DNA of 32,000 nucleotides from Candidatus Saccharimonadota bacterium (GCF_000582535.1 NZ_CP006932.1:150001-182000), one strand, 5' to 3'. Positions 1 to 9,674 are shown, numbered from the stretch's first letter. Notes: generated from the letters alone by a model not told the origin. Numbers and translations: made by a program.

Positions 1-1
1 T

Positions 2-1183
2 ATTATTTTTACAATAAATACATATACTACAAAACCAGGAAAAAAAATTCAAGGAATTGGAACAATAATTAAATTAATTCCTTTAGTATTATTAATCTTT
101 CTTGGATTATTAATATTAATGAATGCCTTTACAGCAAATAATCAAGCAATAAATAATGGAGAAGGAAATTTTACTTTCTTTGATCCTAATGCAGCTTTTA
201 ATAGTGGATGAGAAAATGGTTCTAGTAATCTTAAAATAATCTTACTTATGGCTCCTACAGTGATGTTTTCGTTTGATGGTTTTTTATTTGCAGCTTCTTT
301 ACAAAATGAATCAAAAAAAACATCAACTTATAAAGTTGCTGCTGTAAGTGGAGTTTTATTTATTATTTTAATTTATATTCTTCTTTCTTTATTTGTGTTT
401 GCCTTTGGTGATCAAGAAGGTGGCTATATTGTTTCAAATGCTCTTTATAATATTACAGGACAAAAATGATTATCTACAATTGTAGGAATAATGATTGTAG
501 TATCTGTAATTACAGGAATTTCGGGAAATTCAATTACACAAAATAGAATGATTGCTGATCTTTCTGTAAATAATGAAATAAAGGATTTAGATGGTAATTT
601 AATTGCAAGAAATAAAGCAAAAGTTCCGCAAAATTCAGCAAAGTTATCCTGAATACTAGCAATTATTTGGTTTTTTATTTTTCGATTATTAGATCTTTGC
701 ATTTTACTTAGTATTGTTGAAAATAAAGATCAATTAAATCCATTTAATACAATAAATTCAACTTTATTTGTATCAGGATGATCACTTAATTTTATAACTT
801 TAATTTCTTATACTTTTTATGTTTTAGTAATAATTGGCGGAATAAAGAATCGTTTCGATAAAAAAGTAGAAGTAGAAAAAAATAAATTATTCTATCCTGC
901 AGCATTTATCTCAGTTTTTATGATATTTATTATTTTAATTGTATTTACAATTGATTTATTTGATTATCGATCAATATTTACTGATTCTAATCAATTAATA
1001 GTTTCTGAACTTGTATCTTATATTTTTCATATAATAATTTTAATTACAATAATTTCAATAATAATCGCTGTTCCAATTTATTTTGAAAAAGATGTAAAAA
1101 AAGCAAATCAAGAAAAATTAAAAGCAAAAGAAAAATTAATAAAAGCATATAAAATGCAAAAAACAGATCCTAGATATAAATAA
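2..1183 (+). CDS. APC-superfamily amino acid permease, C-terminal part (5' end lies outside the window)
   Basis: Track ORFs 248..469 and 920..1183 share a frame (start mod 3 = 2). That frame is open from position 2 when TGA is read as Trp. The product is polytopic and hydrophobic, with a permease-like stretch (APTVMFSFDGFLFAASLQNES) and a Lys-rich cytoplasmic tail. Stop is TAA at 1181-1183. Confidence 0.75.
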
Positions 1184-1398
1184 ATTTATTTAAATCTTGA
1201 TTTAAAAATGAAAATAATTTATAATTATTTTGCAGCTAAATTAAAACAGCAATGTTAAGATATAGCCTTTAATAATATAAATTATTTTTTATTTTTCCAC
1301 TTTTAAATACCATCTTATTTATTTTAAAAAAGATAAATTTCTAATACTATTTTTATTATTTTTTTTTTAAAAAATAATCTAAAAAGGATTTTTATTTT

Positions 1399-2619
1399 AT
1401 GAATGAATTAATGCAAATATTGATTGATTCTACTGATACAACTATAATCGATATAATGGTTTGAGTTTCACTTTCTCTTATTTTGTTTGAAATGATTAAT
1501 ATTTTCACAAAAGATAGATTTTATAGTGCGATTGAACATACAAAAAAAGCTCAACCTTTTTTAGGAGCTTTATTAGGATCTTTTCCTGGTTGTTCGGGAC
1601 CAATCATTGTAACAAATCTTTATAATAAAGAGAAAGTAACATTTGGAACCTTATGTGCTTCTTTTATTGCAACATTTGGAGATGCGGCTTTTGTTTATCT
1701 TGCAAATGATTGATTATTTTTTATACAATTATTAATTGTTTCTTTCATCGTAGGAATTATGATGGGATATATGATAGATTTTACACCCTGAGGTAAAAGA
1801 TTATCAAAATGATTAAAAAAAGGAACAAAGGAACCTCCTGTATATGGAATTGATATTCAAAAAACAAAAGAAATTACACCAGAATATTTTTTAATTATTG
1901 ATCGATATATAATGCCTTTATTTTTCTTTTCTTTTCTTTTATTTGTTTTCCCAGAAACAATCTATATTGTAAGTGGACATGTAGATGATCAAGGAGTTAT
2001 AATTACTAATTTATGAGGTTCTGGATTTGAAAAATATATTGAAATTACAGAATATATTGTTTTTGCAATGGTTATTTTTTTCTTAGTTTATTATTTTATT
2101 AGAAAATATTATTTTAAAAAATATTCTGATTATAGATTAAGAGAAAATCAAACAAAAGAGAGATACTGTGGAAAAGGACAAGTTTGTGTAATTGCAAAGC
2201 ATCATTATAAATCATTAAAAAATGAAATGTATAATGTTTATTATGATTCGTTCGTTGATTCAATGTTTATTATGCTTTGGGTTTTTGTAGGGGTCACAAT
2301 TTTTACATTTCTTTATGATCCATTTCAAGATGCTTGAAATAGTTTCTTTATGTTGGGTGGAGGAGCAGTAAGTGTTCTAATTGGTGTTCTAATTGGAATG
2401 ATTCCTGGTTGTGGTCCGCAAATTGCTTTTGCAAACATTTTCTTTCAATCTAATGGGGCAATCAGTAGATCAGCAGTAATGGCTAATTCGATTAATCAAG
2501 ATGGAGATGCAGAATTTCCTCTTATGACAACTAATAAAAAAACATTTTTTACAATGGGATTATTACATTCAATTCCTGCTCTGATAGTTGGATTCGCATT
2601 TCTTCCTTGATATGGCTAG
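1399..2619 (+). CDS. Polytopic membrane protein with two copies of a PGC(S/G)GP motif; putative metal (Mn/heavy-metal-type) transporter family
   Basis: ATG at 1399. Track ORFs 1483.., 2068.. and 2350.. are all in frame 1 and join through TGA=Trp. Stop is TAG at 2617-2619, giving about 406 aa. The motifs GSFPGCSGPIIV (N half) and GMIPGCGPQIAF (C half) suggest an internal duplication. Assignment to the putative manganese/10-TM heavy-metal exporter family is from memory and unverified. Confidence 0.6.
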
Positions 2620-2622
2620 CAA

Positions 2623-3720
2623 TTATTCATCTTTTTCTTTTTTTATATTATGTTCTTTGCTATGTTTTTTCTTTTGCTTGATATCTTCATTAGTAACTGG
2701 ATTTCAATAAACTATTTTTTTTGTTTTTACTCTTGCTACTTCTACTGCATCAATAAATACATTAGGATCAATACTTTCGGCAAGATTTATTACATCATCA
2801 ATTTCTTCAATATTTACAATTATTTTTAAAATTCCTCTTGTTTTTTTTGAAAATCCTCCTGTTACTAATTCAATTGTGTGTCCACGGTGATAATTAATTT
2901 CATTTAATTTATCAGAAATTTTTCCATACTTTTCAGAATTTATATTTAATTGGAATAATTTCTTTGTAGAGTAAATTTTTGAAACAATTAAAGAATAAGT
3001 ACCTATGAAAATTAGTGAACCAATAATATAAGGTCCAAAAAGAACATCAGTAATATAATTATCTACTACTTGATCACTTACATAAGGTTGAACAGATAAT
3101 CAAATAATGGAATTAACAATTGATATTAAAAATAATACTTTTGCAATATTTAATCTTTTTTCTCTACTAAGATATCTTACGATTGGATCTAATCCTAGTG
3201 AAGTTGCTCCTTTTATAAAAATAACACCAAGCGAAATTCCATATATAATTCCAGCCATAAATGCTAAAATGAAAACTCTAAAAGTATTTAGGATATCATA
3301 GTTGGGATTTGTTTCATCTATTGCAGGAATAATTTCAATATCTTTTATTACAGGAATATATGAAATTGCTAATGATACAACAAGTGTAACTGTAAATACA
3401 TAAAGAGAATATCCCAATAATTTTCTTCCATAAAATTTAAAAGTAAATATAATAATTGGAAGATTTATTAAAACATTTATTATTCAATAATAAAGAATAA
3501 TAAATTCATCTGCTTGTCCAGTACTTGCAACAATTGTATATGAGATACCTTGAGCAATTCCAGCAGCACCAGCTGAAATAATTCCTGATTCAATTACAAA
3601 AAAATTTACAGCAAAAGCAAGACAAATTGAAGCAAAAGTAAGAACTAAAATTCCCTTAATTTTTTTGTTTTTTGTTACTTTATTAAGATTTAATTTTGTT
3701 GCTACAAGTAACTCATTCAT
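2623..3720 (-). CDS. YitT-family membrane protein (DUF161-type N-terminal TM region plus DUF2179-like C-terminal domain)
   Basis: Minus-strand ORFs 3484..3720 and 3100..3417 are in frame and continue through TGA codons to a TAA stop (plus-strand TTA at 2623-2625), about 365 aa. It has the YitT-like motif GIISAGAAGIAQGISY and a soluble C-terminal domain (..HRGHTIELVTGGFSKKTRGILKIIV..). An AAGGA sits upstream of the ATG. Confidence 0.75.
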
Positions 3721-3780
3721 TTAATTCACTATCCTTAAATAAAGGTATATAAATAATATTAGCACTAAATAATATAAATT

Positions 3781-5067
3781 TTAAATTATTATATCTATTT
3801 CAATAATTATTTGATTTTTTTGATTGATACTATTTTTATCTTCTTTTATTCAAACTACAATATTTCTGAAATAATATTTTTCCCCAATTTTTAATTTTTT
3901 GATTTTAAAATTCTCTTTTAATCAATCTTCGATTGATTGATTATTATTTTCTATTTTTATTACACCGGAAATTTTTGGATTATTTTTTAAATATTTATCG
4001 TAAAAATCATAAATTTTAACATTAGGGTTAACTAAAAAATTATTTTCACTTAAAAGATAAATTCCTTCTTTTGTTATATCTTCATCATCATATAATTTTC
4101 CAACAATAGTTTCCAAAATATCTTCAATTGTAATAATTCCGATAAATTTATTATTTTTATTTACAATGATTCCGATTTTTTGTCTTTTGCTTTTAAGTTC
4201 ATAAAAAATTTCTCTTAAAAATTCATTTTCTTTAAAAATTTGGAAATCTAAAATAAATTTATCAAGATTAGAATTTTCTTTTTCTTTTAAATAATTTATC
4301 AAGAATTTTTGTGTATTTAAAATTCCAATTATTTTTTCTGTTTTATGATCAAATAATGGAACCCTAGTTACATTTATATTTTCTATTTTTTCAGCAAGAT
4401 TTTCTTTTGATGAATTAGCATCAAAATAAATTGCATCCTTTTTACTAATCATTACTTTTTTGGCAATAGTTTCATCTCAATCTAAAATAGAAGTAATAAT
4501 TTCTTGATCTCTTTTAGTTGTAATTCCAGTTTTTCCGGCTTCATTTATTGCGTAACGAAGCTCTCCTTCGTTTTGAAAAATTCTTTCGTTTTCGTCTTGT
4601 TTTACAAGTTTTTTAAGAGGAAGAGAAATGGGTTTTAAACTTCAATTTAATCAATATATTACACTTGAAAAAACTATTGCTCCTCTTTCGGGATATTTTT
4701 TTCCTAAAAATTTTGGAATAAGTTCACCAAAGATAATAATTAAAATAGTCATCAATATAAATGAGAAAAAAGCACTAAGAAAAATCATATCATTAAATAA
4801 GAAACTAAATCATACAGTTGAAATAGTTGAAAGCAAAACATTAACTATATTATTATAAATTACAAGTGAAGTTATAATTTCGTTGTAATTATTAATAAAT
4901 CCTAAAACTTTATTTGCTCTTTTTTTATAGCGATCTTTTTTAAGATATGTTTCTAAACGAATTTTATTAATTGATGCTATTGCCATTTCAACAAAGGCAA
5001 CTACTCCTGAAGCAAAAAGTAAAAGAATAATTATAAGTGGGGGTAAGATATATTGTACAAATATCAT
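3781..5067 (-). CDS. CNNM/TlyC-type membrane protein (DUF21 TM domain, CBS pair, CorC_HlyC C-terminal domain); usually annotated hemolysin C / Mg-Co efflux-like
   Basis: Minus ORFs 4810..5067 (a DUF21-like N-terminus) and 3922..4452 (CBS-like, ..IGIITIEDILETIVG..) are in frame and join through TGA=Trp. Stop is TAA (plus-strand TTA at 3781-3783), about 428 aa. A GAGGA SD lies 5 nt upstream of the ATG. Confidence 0.8.
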
Positions 5068-5204
5068 TTATTCCTCTATTTCTTTAACTAAATTTAATAT
5101 TTTATAATAACTCATAAATAACTAATTTATTATATAATAAAAGAGTTAAAAGATTTAATTATTTTGCTTTAAATAATCAAAAAAACATTATTTTTAAGAC
5201 AAAT

Positions 5205-6080
5205 ATGAATGAAAAAATAGAAAAAAAGAAAAAGAAATCTAAACTTATAAAACTTAATAAAAAGGGAATAATTATAATCTCAATTATTTTAATAATTTTA
5301 GCAGTTATAATTTCGCTTTCTGTTTATTATGGAACAAAAGATTATCGTCCATATCCTCCTAATATTACAATTTATAAAAAATCAAAAAATTTTGATAAAG
5401 ATATCAAAAGTGTTCAAAAAAGAATTAATAATCAAGATAATATTGAACAAGAGATAACAGGAATTGTTTTTTTTTCAAGAAATGGGCAAAATAGTAATTA
5501 TGCTTTTTATAATGATAATGATAAAAAAGATAAGGATTATTCAATAGATGATGGTCCCTTTTCACAATATCTTGTTAATTTTAGTCCAAATTCTGATTTT
5601 AAATGATATGGATTTATGACTGGTGAAGATGAAAATATCAGAACATTAATTGAAGATTTTATGATTGATAAAAATAAGGATTTAGATGAAAATAATCCTG
5701 ATTATGATAGTAAATTAAGATATGAAAAGGTTTATTTTATAAATGATTCAGATAGTGCTTCTGAATCAATTGCTGATGATTATTATGATCCTTATTATCT
5801 TAGTGTTAATTCGGATGATACTTTATCATTGAGACCAATTTCTCCTTCTACAGGTCTTACGAATACAATTACTTGAATGTGATTTGTAAATAATCCTGAT
5901 CCTAATAATGTTGAAAATGGGAACGAGGATTATATTTTGGTAGCAAATGGTGATCAATTTGTTTATACTGAAACAGATGATGACGGAAATGAAACGATAG
6001 AAATTAGAGATTTTAGTGAAGATTATTTTAAAAACATTGAAATAGCAATTGAAAATAATTCATTTAAATTTACTGAATAA
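5205..6080 (+). CDS. Hypothetical membrane-anchored protein: basic N-terminus, one TM helix, Asp/Asn/Tyr-rich extracytoplasmic region
   Basis: Track ORFs 5205..5606 and 5616..5876 are in frame 0 and continue through three TGA codons to TAA at 6078-6080, about 291 aa. The N-terminus is MNEKIEKKKKKSKLIKLNKKG followed by a hydrophobic helix with no lipobox Cys. I recognise no family motif. Confidence 0.6.
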
Positions 6081-6106
6081 AATATTTAAATAAAAAGGAG
6101 CAAAAT

Positions 6107-7468
6107 ATGGCATTTAATTTTATGCAAAAACGACTAGAAAAAGTAATTCATAAGGTTCAATCAAAAGGACTTTTAAGTAAGGAAAATATAAGTGAAATTC
6201 TAAAAGAAGTAAAATTAATTTTACTCGAATCAGATGTTAATCTAAAAGTTGTTGATGATTTTATTTCTTCTATAGAAAAAAAAGCTATTGGAAAAGTTGT
6301 AGATACAGATCGGACTTCTTCACAAGAAATTCTTAAAATTATTTATGATGAACTTGTAAATATTTTAGGAAAAGAAGCCAAAACTTGAAATTATCAATCT
6401 AGATCTGTTGTAATGATGGTTGGATTACAAGGTTCAGGAAAAACTACTACTGTTGCTAAACTTGCAAATAATCTTGTAAAAAAACAAAAGAAATATAAAA
6501 ACCCTTTATTAGTGGCTTTGGATATTTATCGTCCAGCAGCAATCGATCAATTAGAAACATTAGCAAAAAAAATAGATTTTCCTTTTTATGCAGAGAGAAA
6601 TGAAAAAGATGTAATTAAAATTGCAAAAAATGCTTTAAAATTGGCTGATAAAAATAATCATGATTTAATTATTTTAGATACAGCGGGTCGTTTACAAACT
6701 GATCAAAAATTAATGGACGAATTAAAAGAGATTAAAAAAATTTTTATTCCTACTGATATTATTTTTGTTGCTGATGGATTTTCTGGACAAGAAATCTTGA
6801 ATGTTGCACAAGAATTTAATAATAAACTTAAATTATCATCAGTAATTGTTACAAAAATGGATTCTAATGCGAAAGGTGGAGCAATTTTTTCATTAGCATA
6901 CGCTTTAAAATTATCAATATCTTATTTGGGAGTTGGAGAAAAGATTGCTAATTTAGAAATTTTCTATCCTAATAGAATTGCTTCTAGACTTTTAGGATTG
7001 GGTGATATTGAAACACTTACAGAAAAAGCTCAGGAATTAGGTGATGAAAAAAGTCAAGAAAAAATGTTTCGCAAAATGATGTCGGGAAAATTTGATCTTG
7101 ATGATTTATTAGTTTCAATGCAGCAAATGAGTAAAATGGGAAATTTAGGGGCTATTTCAAAACTACTTCCAAGTTTTGGTAAATTAGGAAAAATTTCTGA
7201 AGAAAAAATTAATTCAATGGAAACAAAACTTGATATTTATAAAGTTCTTATAAATTCGATGACAAAAAAAGAACGTAAAAATCCTCGTTTATTAAAACAT
7301 CAAAAAAGAAAAGAACGAATTTTGAAAGGTTCTGGAAGAAGTGCACAAGAATATAATGATCTTTTAAGACAATTTGAAAAAATGCAAAAACAAATTATGC
7401 AACTTTCAAAAGTTTTAAAATCAGGAAGAATGCCTGATTTAAGTAAATTAGGAAATGGGCTTTTTTAA
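6107..7468 (+). CDS. ffh: Signal recognition particle protein Ffh
   Basis: ORFs 6107..6388 and 6413..7468 are in the same frame and join at TGA 6386-6388. It has the SRP54 N domain, a G domain (GLQGSGKTTT, DTAGR, TKMD) and a Met-rich M domain. An AAAGGAG SD lies upstream. Confidence 0.97.
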
Positions 7469-7482
7469 GATAAAAAATATTT

Positions 7483-7514
7483 ACTGTTAGGTAAAAAACC
7501 CTAACAGTTTTTTT
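7483..7514 (+). terminator. Rho-independent terminator after ffh
   Basis: ACTGTTAGG (7483-7491) pairs with CCTAACAGT (7500-7508) around an 8-nt loop. A run of seven T (7508-7514) follows. Confidence 0.75.
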
Positions 7515-7549
7515 ATTTTAATTTATAATATAAATTGGAGGTTAAAAGA

Positions 7550-7828
7550 GTGGCAGTACGTTTAAGACTAACTAGAATGGGTTCTAAGAAAAAACCATTT
7601 TATAGAATAGTTGCAATTGATTCTCGTGTTAAAAGAGATGGTGCTTATATTGAATTAATAGGAACTTACAATCCTTTTACAAAAGAAAAAGTAATCAAGC
7701 GTGAAGTTGCATTGAAATGATTAGAAAATGGAGCTAAACCTTCTGATACTGTAAGAGAAATCCTAGCAAAAGAAGGAATTTTAAAAGAATTTCATGATGC
7801 AAAAACAATTAGTAAAAAAGCAAAATAG
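7550..7828 (+). CDS. rpsP: 30S ribosomal protein S16
   Basis: The product begins (M)[21 protein letters not shown]. The likely start is GTG at 7550, with a GGAGG SD at 7538-7542. The TTG start in the track (7535) would contain the SD itself. The frame reads through TGA 7718-7720 to TAG at 7826-7828. Confidence 0.93.
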
Positions 7829-8336
7829 TTTAATTTGATTAGGAACAATTGTAAATACACATGGACTAAAAGGTGAATTAAGAATTCTAAGCAATTCTGA
7901 TGATCTTAATAAGTCTTTTAAAAAAGGAACGAAAATTTTTCTTGAAAAAAATAATGTACCTTTAATTGTAAAAAATTATCGTCTTCATAAAAATTTTGTT
8001 TTAATATTTTTTGAAAATATTGATACATTTGAAGAAGCTTTAAAATTAAAAAATAAAAAGATATATAAAGAAGCAAATTTAAATATAGATGAAGAATTTT
8101 ATCTAAAAGATTTGATTAATGCAACTGTAATAAATGATGATCAAAAATCTATTGGAATTGTGATTGATTTATTACATCAAATTGCTTATGAAAGTATCAT
8201 TGTAAAATTATTTTTAAATGAGAAAATAATTAATATTCCTTTAGTTGATGAATTTTTTGTAGATTTTGATTCTAAAAAACATCTTGTTTATGTTAAAGTT
8301 AGCGAAGAGTTTATAAATGAAAGTATTAATGAGTAA
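7797..8336 (+). CDS. rimM: 16S rRNA processing protein RimM
   Basis: Frame 0 gives ..[23 protein letters not shown].., the RimM N-terminal signature, continuous with track ORF 8112..8336. The start is uncertain. ATG 7797 overlaps rpsP by 32 nt and is the only in-frame ATG upstream. Confidence 0.8.
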
Positions 8337-8338
8337 TT

Positions 8339-9004
8339 ATGAAAATAACATTTATTACTTTGTTTCCTGAATATTTTGATTTTTTTAAAACACATAGCAT
8401 TATTAAAAATGCAATAAAAGAAAAAAAAATTGAAATTGAACTTATAAATCCACGTGATTTTGTATTAGATAAAAATAAACAAGTTGATGATTATATTTAT
8501 GGTGGTGGGCCAGGAATGTTAATGCTTATTGAACCGGTTGTAAAGGCAATTGAAAAAGCAAAAACAAAAGATAGTTTTATTATATATACATCACCAAAAG
8601 GAAAAAAGTTTTCGCAGTCTATTGCAAAAAATTTTGTTTTAAGCCATAAAGATATTATTATTGTTTGTGGCCATTATGAAGGAATTGATGCAAGAATAAA
8701 ATATTTTATTGATCTTGAAATTTCATTAGGAGATTTTATTCTTACAGGAGGAGAGATTGCAGCAATGGCAATTGCAGATGCAATAATTCGTTTAATTCCT
8801 GGTGTGATTAATGAAGATTCTTTAATAAATGAATCATTTGAAAATGATTTAATTGAAAATGATCATTATACAAGACCACGAAAATTTCGTAATTTATCAG
8901 TTCCTTCAGTTTTATTATCTGGAGATCATAAAAAAATTGAAAATTGAAGAAAAGAAAATGCAATAAAAAATACTAATCAATTTAAAAAAAATAATAAAAA
9001 ATAG
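8339..9004 (+). CDS. trmD: tRNA (guanine37-N1)-methyltransferase TrmD
   Basis: TrmD motifs are present (DDYIYGGGPGMLM, CGHYEGIDARI, GDFILTGGE). The frame reads through TGA 8945-8947 to TAG at 9002-9004. Confidence 0.95.
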
Positions 9005-9024
9005 GAGAAAATTAGATCAAATTT

Positions 9025-9393
9025 ATGGGAGCAAATAATAATTTAATTAATGAATTAACAGTAAAACAATTAAAAACAGATATTCCTAATTTTAAAACTG
9101 GAGACACTCTTCGTCTTCATATTAAAATAAAAGAAGGAGCAAAAGAAAGAATTCAGATTTTTGAAGGTTTTGTTCTTAAGAAATCAAAAAATAATTCAAT
9201 TGATTCAACTTTTACAGTAAGAAAAGAATCTTATGGAATTGGTGTTGAAAAAACATTTCCCATTAATTCTCCTGTTCTTGCAAAAATTGAAGTTATTAAA
9301 AATGGTAAAGTACGAAGAGCAAAAATTTACTATATGCGTGAACGTAAAGGTAAATCTGCAAGAATTAAAACAATTGAAAGTAAGAAAAAATAA
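9025..9393 (+). CDS. rplS: 50S ribosomal protein L19
   Basis: The L19 signature is present (..[40 protein letters not shown]). Position after trmD is conserved. Confidence 0.96.
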   Translation: MGANNNLINELTVKQLKTDIPNFKTGDTLRLHIKIKEGAKERIQIFEGFVLKKSKNNSIDSTFTVRKESYGIGVEKTFPINSPVLAKIEVIKNGKVRRAKIYYMRERKGKSARIKTIESKKK

Positions 9394-9396
9394 AAT

Positions 9397-9429
9397 TTAT
9401 TTATTTACAAATAAATAACTTTTTTTTTT
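9397..9429. terminator. All-A/T hairpin plus T9 run after rplS; possibly bidirectional
   Basis: TTATTTATTT (9397-9406) is the reverse complement of AAATAAATAA (9409-9418). CT and then nine T (9421-9429) follow. On the minus strand the same hairpin is followed by a U-rich tract. The stem has no G-C pairs, so it is weak. Confidence 0.45.
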
Positions 9430-9460
9430 CTTTATAAAGTAATATCATATATATGACGGT

Positions 9461-9488
9461 TAAGGGGATTTCTGGTATAAGGGGATTT
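9461..9488. repeat. Tandem direct repeat TAAGGGGATTT x2, period 17 nt
   Basis: Exact 11-mers lie at 9461-9471 and 9478-9488, each preceded by GGT or GGTA. They are enclosed by the complementary TGACG (9454-9458) and CGTCA (9497-9501). Confidence 0.9.
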
Positions 9489-9600
9489 ACTTTGATCGTC
9501 AATATATAATAATAAATTACATCCCATTGTTATTTACAAATTATTAAGCCTCAATTAACTCTATATTGTTATTTCACTAAATAACCAATTTTACTAATTT

Positions 9601-9636
9601 AGGAGACTACCGTAATGATAGTCTCCTTTCTTTTTT
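9601..9636 (+). terminator. Strong hairpin plus T-run: intrinsic terminator, or an SD/AUG-sequestering hairpin
   Basis: AGGAGACTA (9601-9609) pairs perfectly with TAGTCTCCT (9619-9627) around a 9-nt loop that contains ATG 9615-9617. TTCTTTTTT (9628-9636) follows. Confidence 0.5.
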
Positions 9637-9674
9637 ATATTAAAATTAAATTATTCAACTATAATAAAATCATT

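Larger units (their letters stand above)
9450..9636. ncRNA. Candidate structured small RNA or cis-regulatory leader of unknown class, in the rplS-csd intergenic region
   Basis: This is a 280-nt non-coding gap in an otherwise tightly packed region. It contains a stem-closed tandem G-rich repeat (9454-9501), a 7-bp hairpin (9568-9585) and a 9-bp hairpin plus T-run (9601-9636). The strand is not resolved and no known RNA family was recognised. Confidence 0.3.

Noticed and set aside
445-702. Antisense or shadow ORFs in the track: 445..702(-), 3107..3301(+), 4628..4858(+), 9233..9418(+), 11033..11221(-), 13193..13399(-), 26105..26329(-), 29942..30205(-), 30491..30775(-), 31648..31950(-).
   Set aside because: Each lies entirely inside, and opposite to or out of frame with, a well-supported conserved gene (permease, YitT, TlyC-like, rplS, scaffold, ecfA1, M50 protease, polC, nusA). 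Their translations are low-complexity and show no recognisable motifs.
1293-1300. DnaA-box-like words: TTTTCCAC at 1293-1300 and TTATCCCACA at 16102-16111.
   Set aside because: These are single, imperfect, isolated occurrences. There is no cluster, no adjacent dnaA or dnaN, and no AT-rich unwinding element beyond the background composition.
1184-1398. A possible metal riboswitch or leader upstream of the PGCxGP transporter gene.
   Set aside because: I could find no G/C-containing conserved cores and no stable stems. There is only an A/T palindrome (TTTAAATC..GATTTAAA at about 1187-1204) without a T-run. The region is most simply a promoter/spacer.
9453-9509. An 18-codon sORF (MTVKGISGIRGFTLIVNI) covering the tandem repeat, considered as a possible leader peptide.
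   Set aside because: It has no SD upstream and no Cys or other regulatory codon run relevant to the downstream Fe-S genes. The ORF is most simply a by-product of the G-rich repeat, which removes stop codons.
9401-9541. The exact 12-mer TTATTTACAAAT occurs at 9401-9412 and 9530-9541. ATTGTTATTT occurs at 9526-9535 and 9565-9574.
   Set aside because: These are low-complexity A/T words in an extremely AT-rich spacer, so chance recurrence is plausible. There is no supporting symmetry or spacing pattern.
9464-9627. tmRNA-like features. GGGGAUUUCUGG..GGGAUUU resembles the tmRNA 5' end (GGGGCUGAUUCUGGAUUCGACGGGAUUU in E. coli). GGGGAUU could form a 7-bp acceptor-like stem, with a G3-U pair, against AGUCUCC at 9620-9626.
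   Set aside because: The span is only about 165 nt, whereas tmRNAs are 300 nt or more. There is no T-arm (GGxxxUUCGAAxxxCC) before the 3' strand, no tag reading frame or pseudoknots, and no ACCA tail. AGUCUCC also pairs better with the adjacent AGGAGACU. The similarity is probably coincidental.
9615-9674. The track start (ATG 9615) for the desulfurase ORF, with a well-spaced AGGAG SD.
   Set aside because: The extra 20 aa (MIVSFLFYIKIKLFNYNKII) are hydrophobic and low-complexity, and they precede a canonical family N-terminus (MKENIRKEIFPFF..YLDSS). An open 20-codon stretch here is not statistically surprising. It is kept only as an alternative in the hairpin finding.
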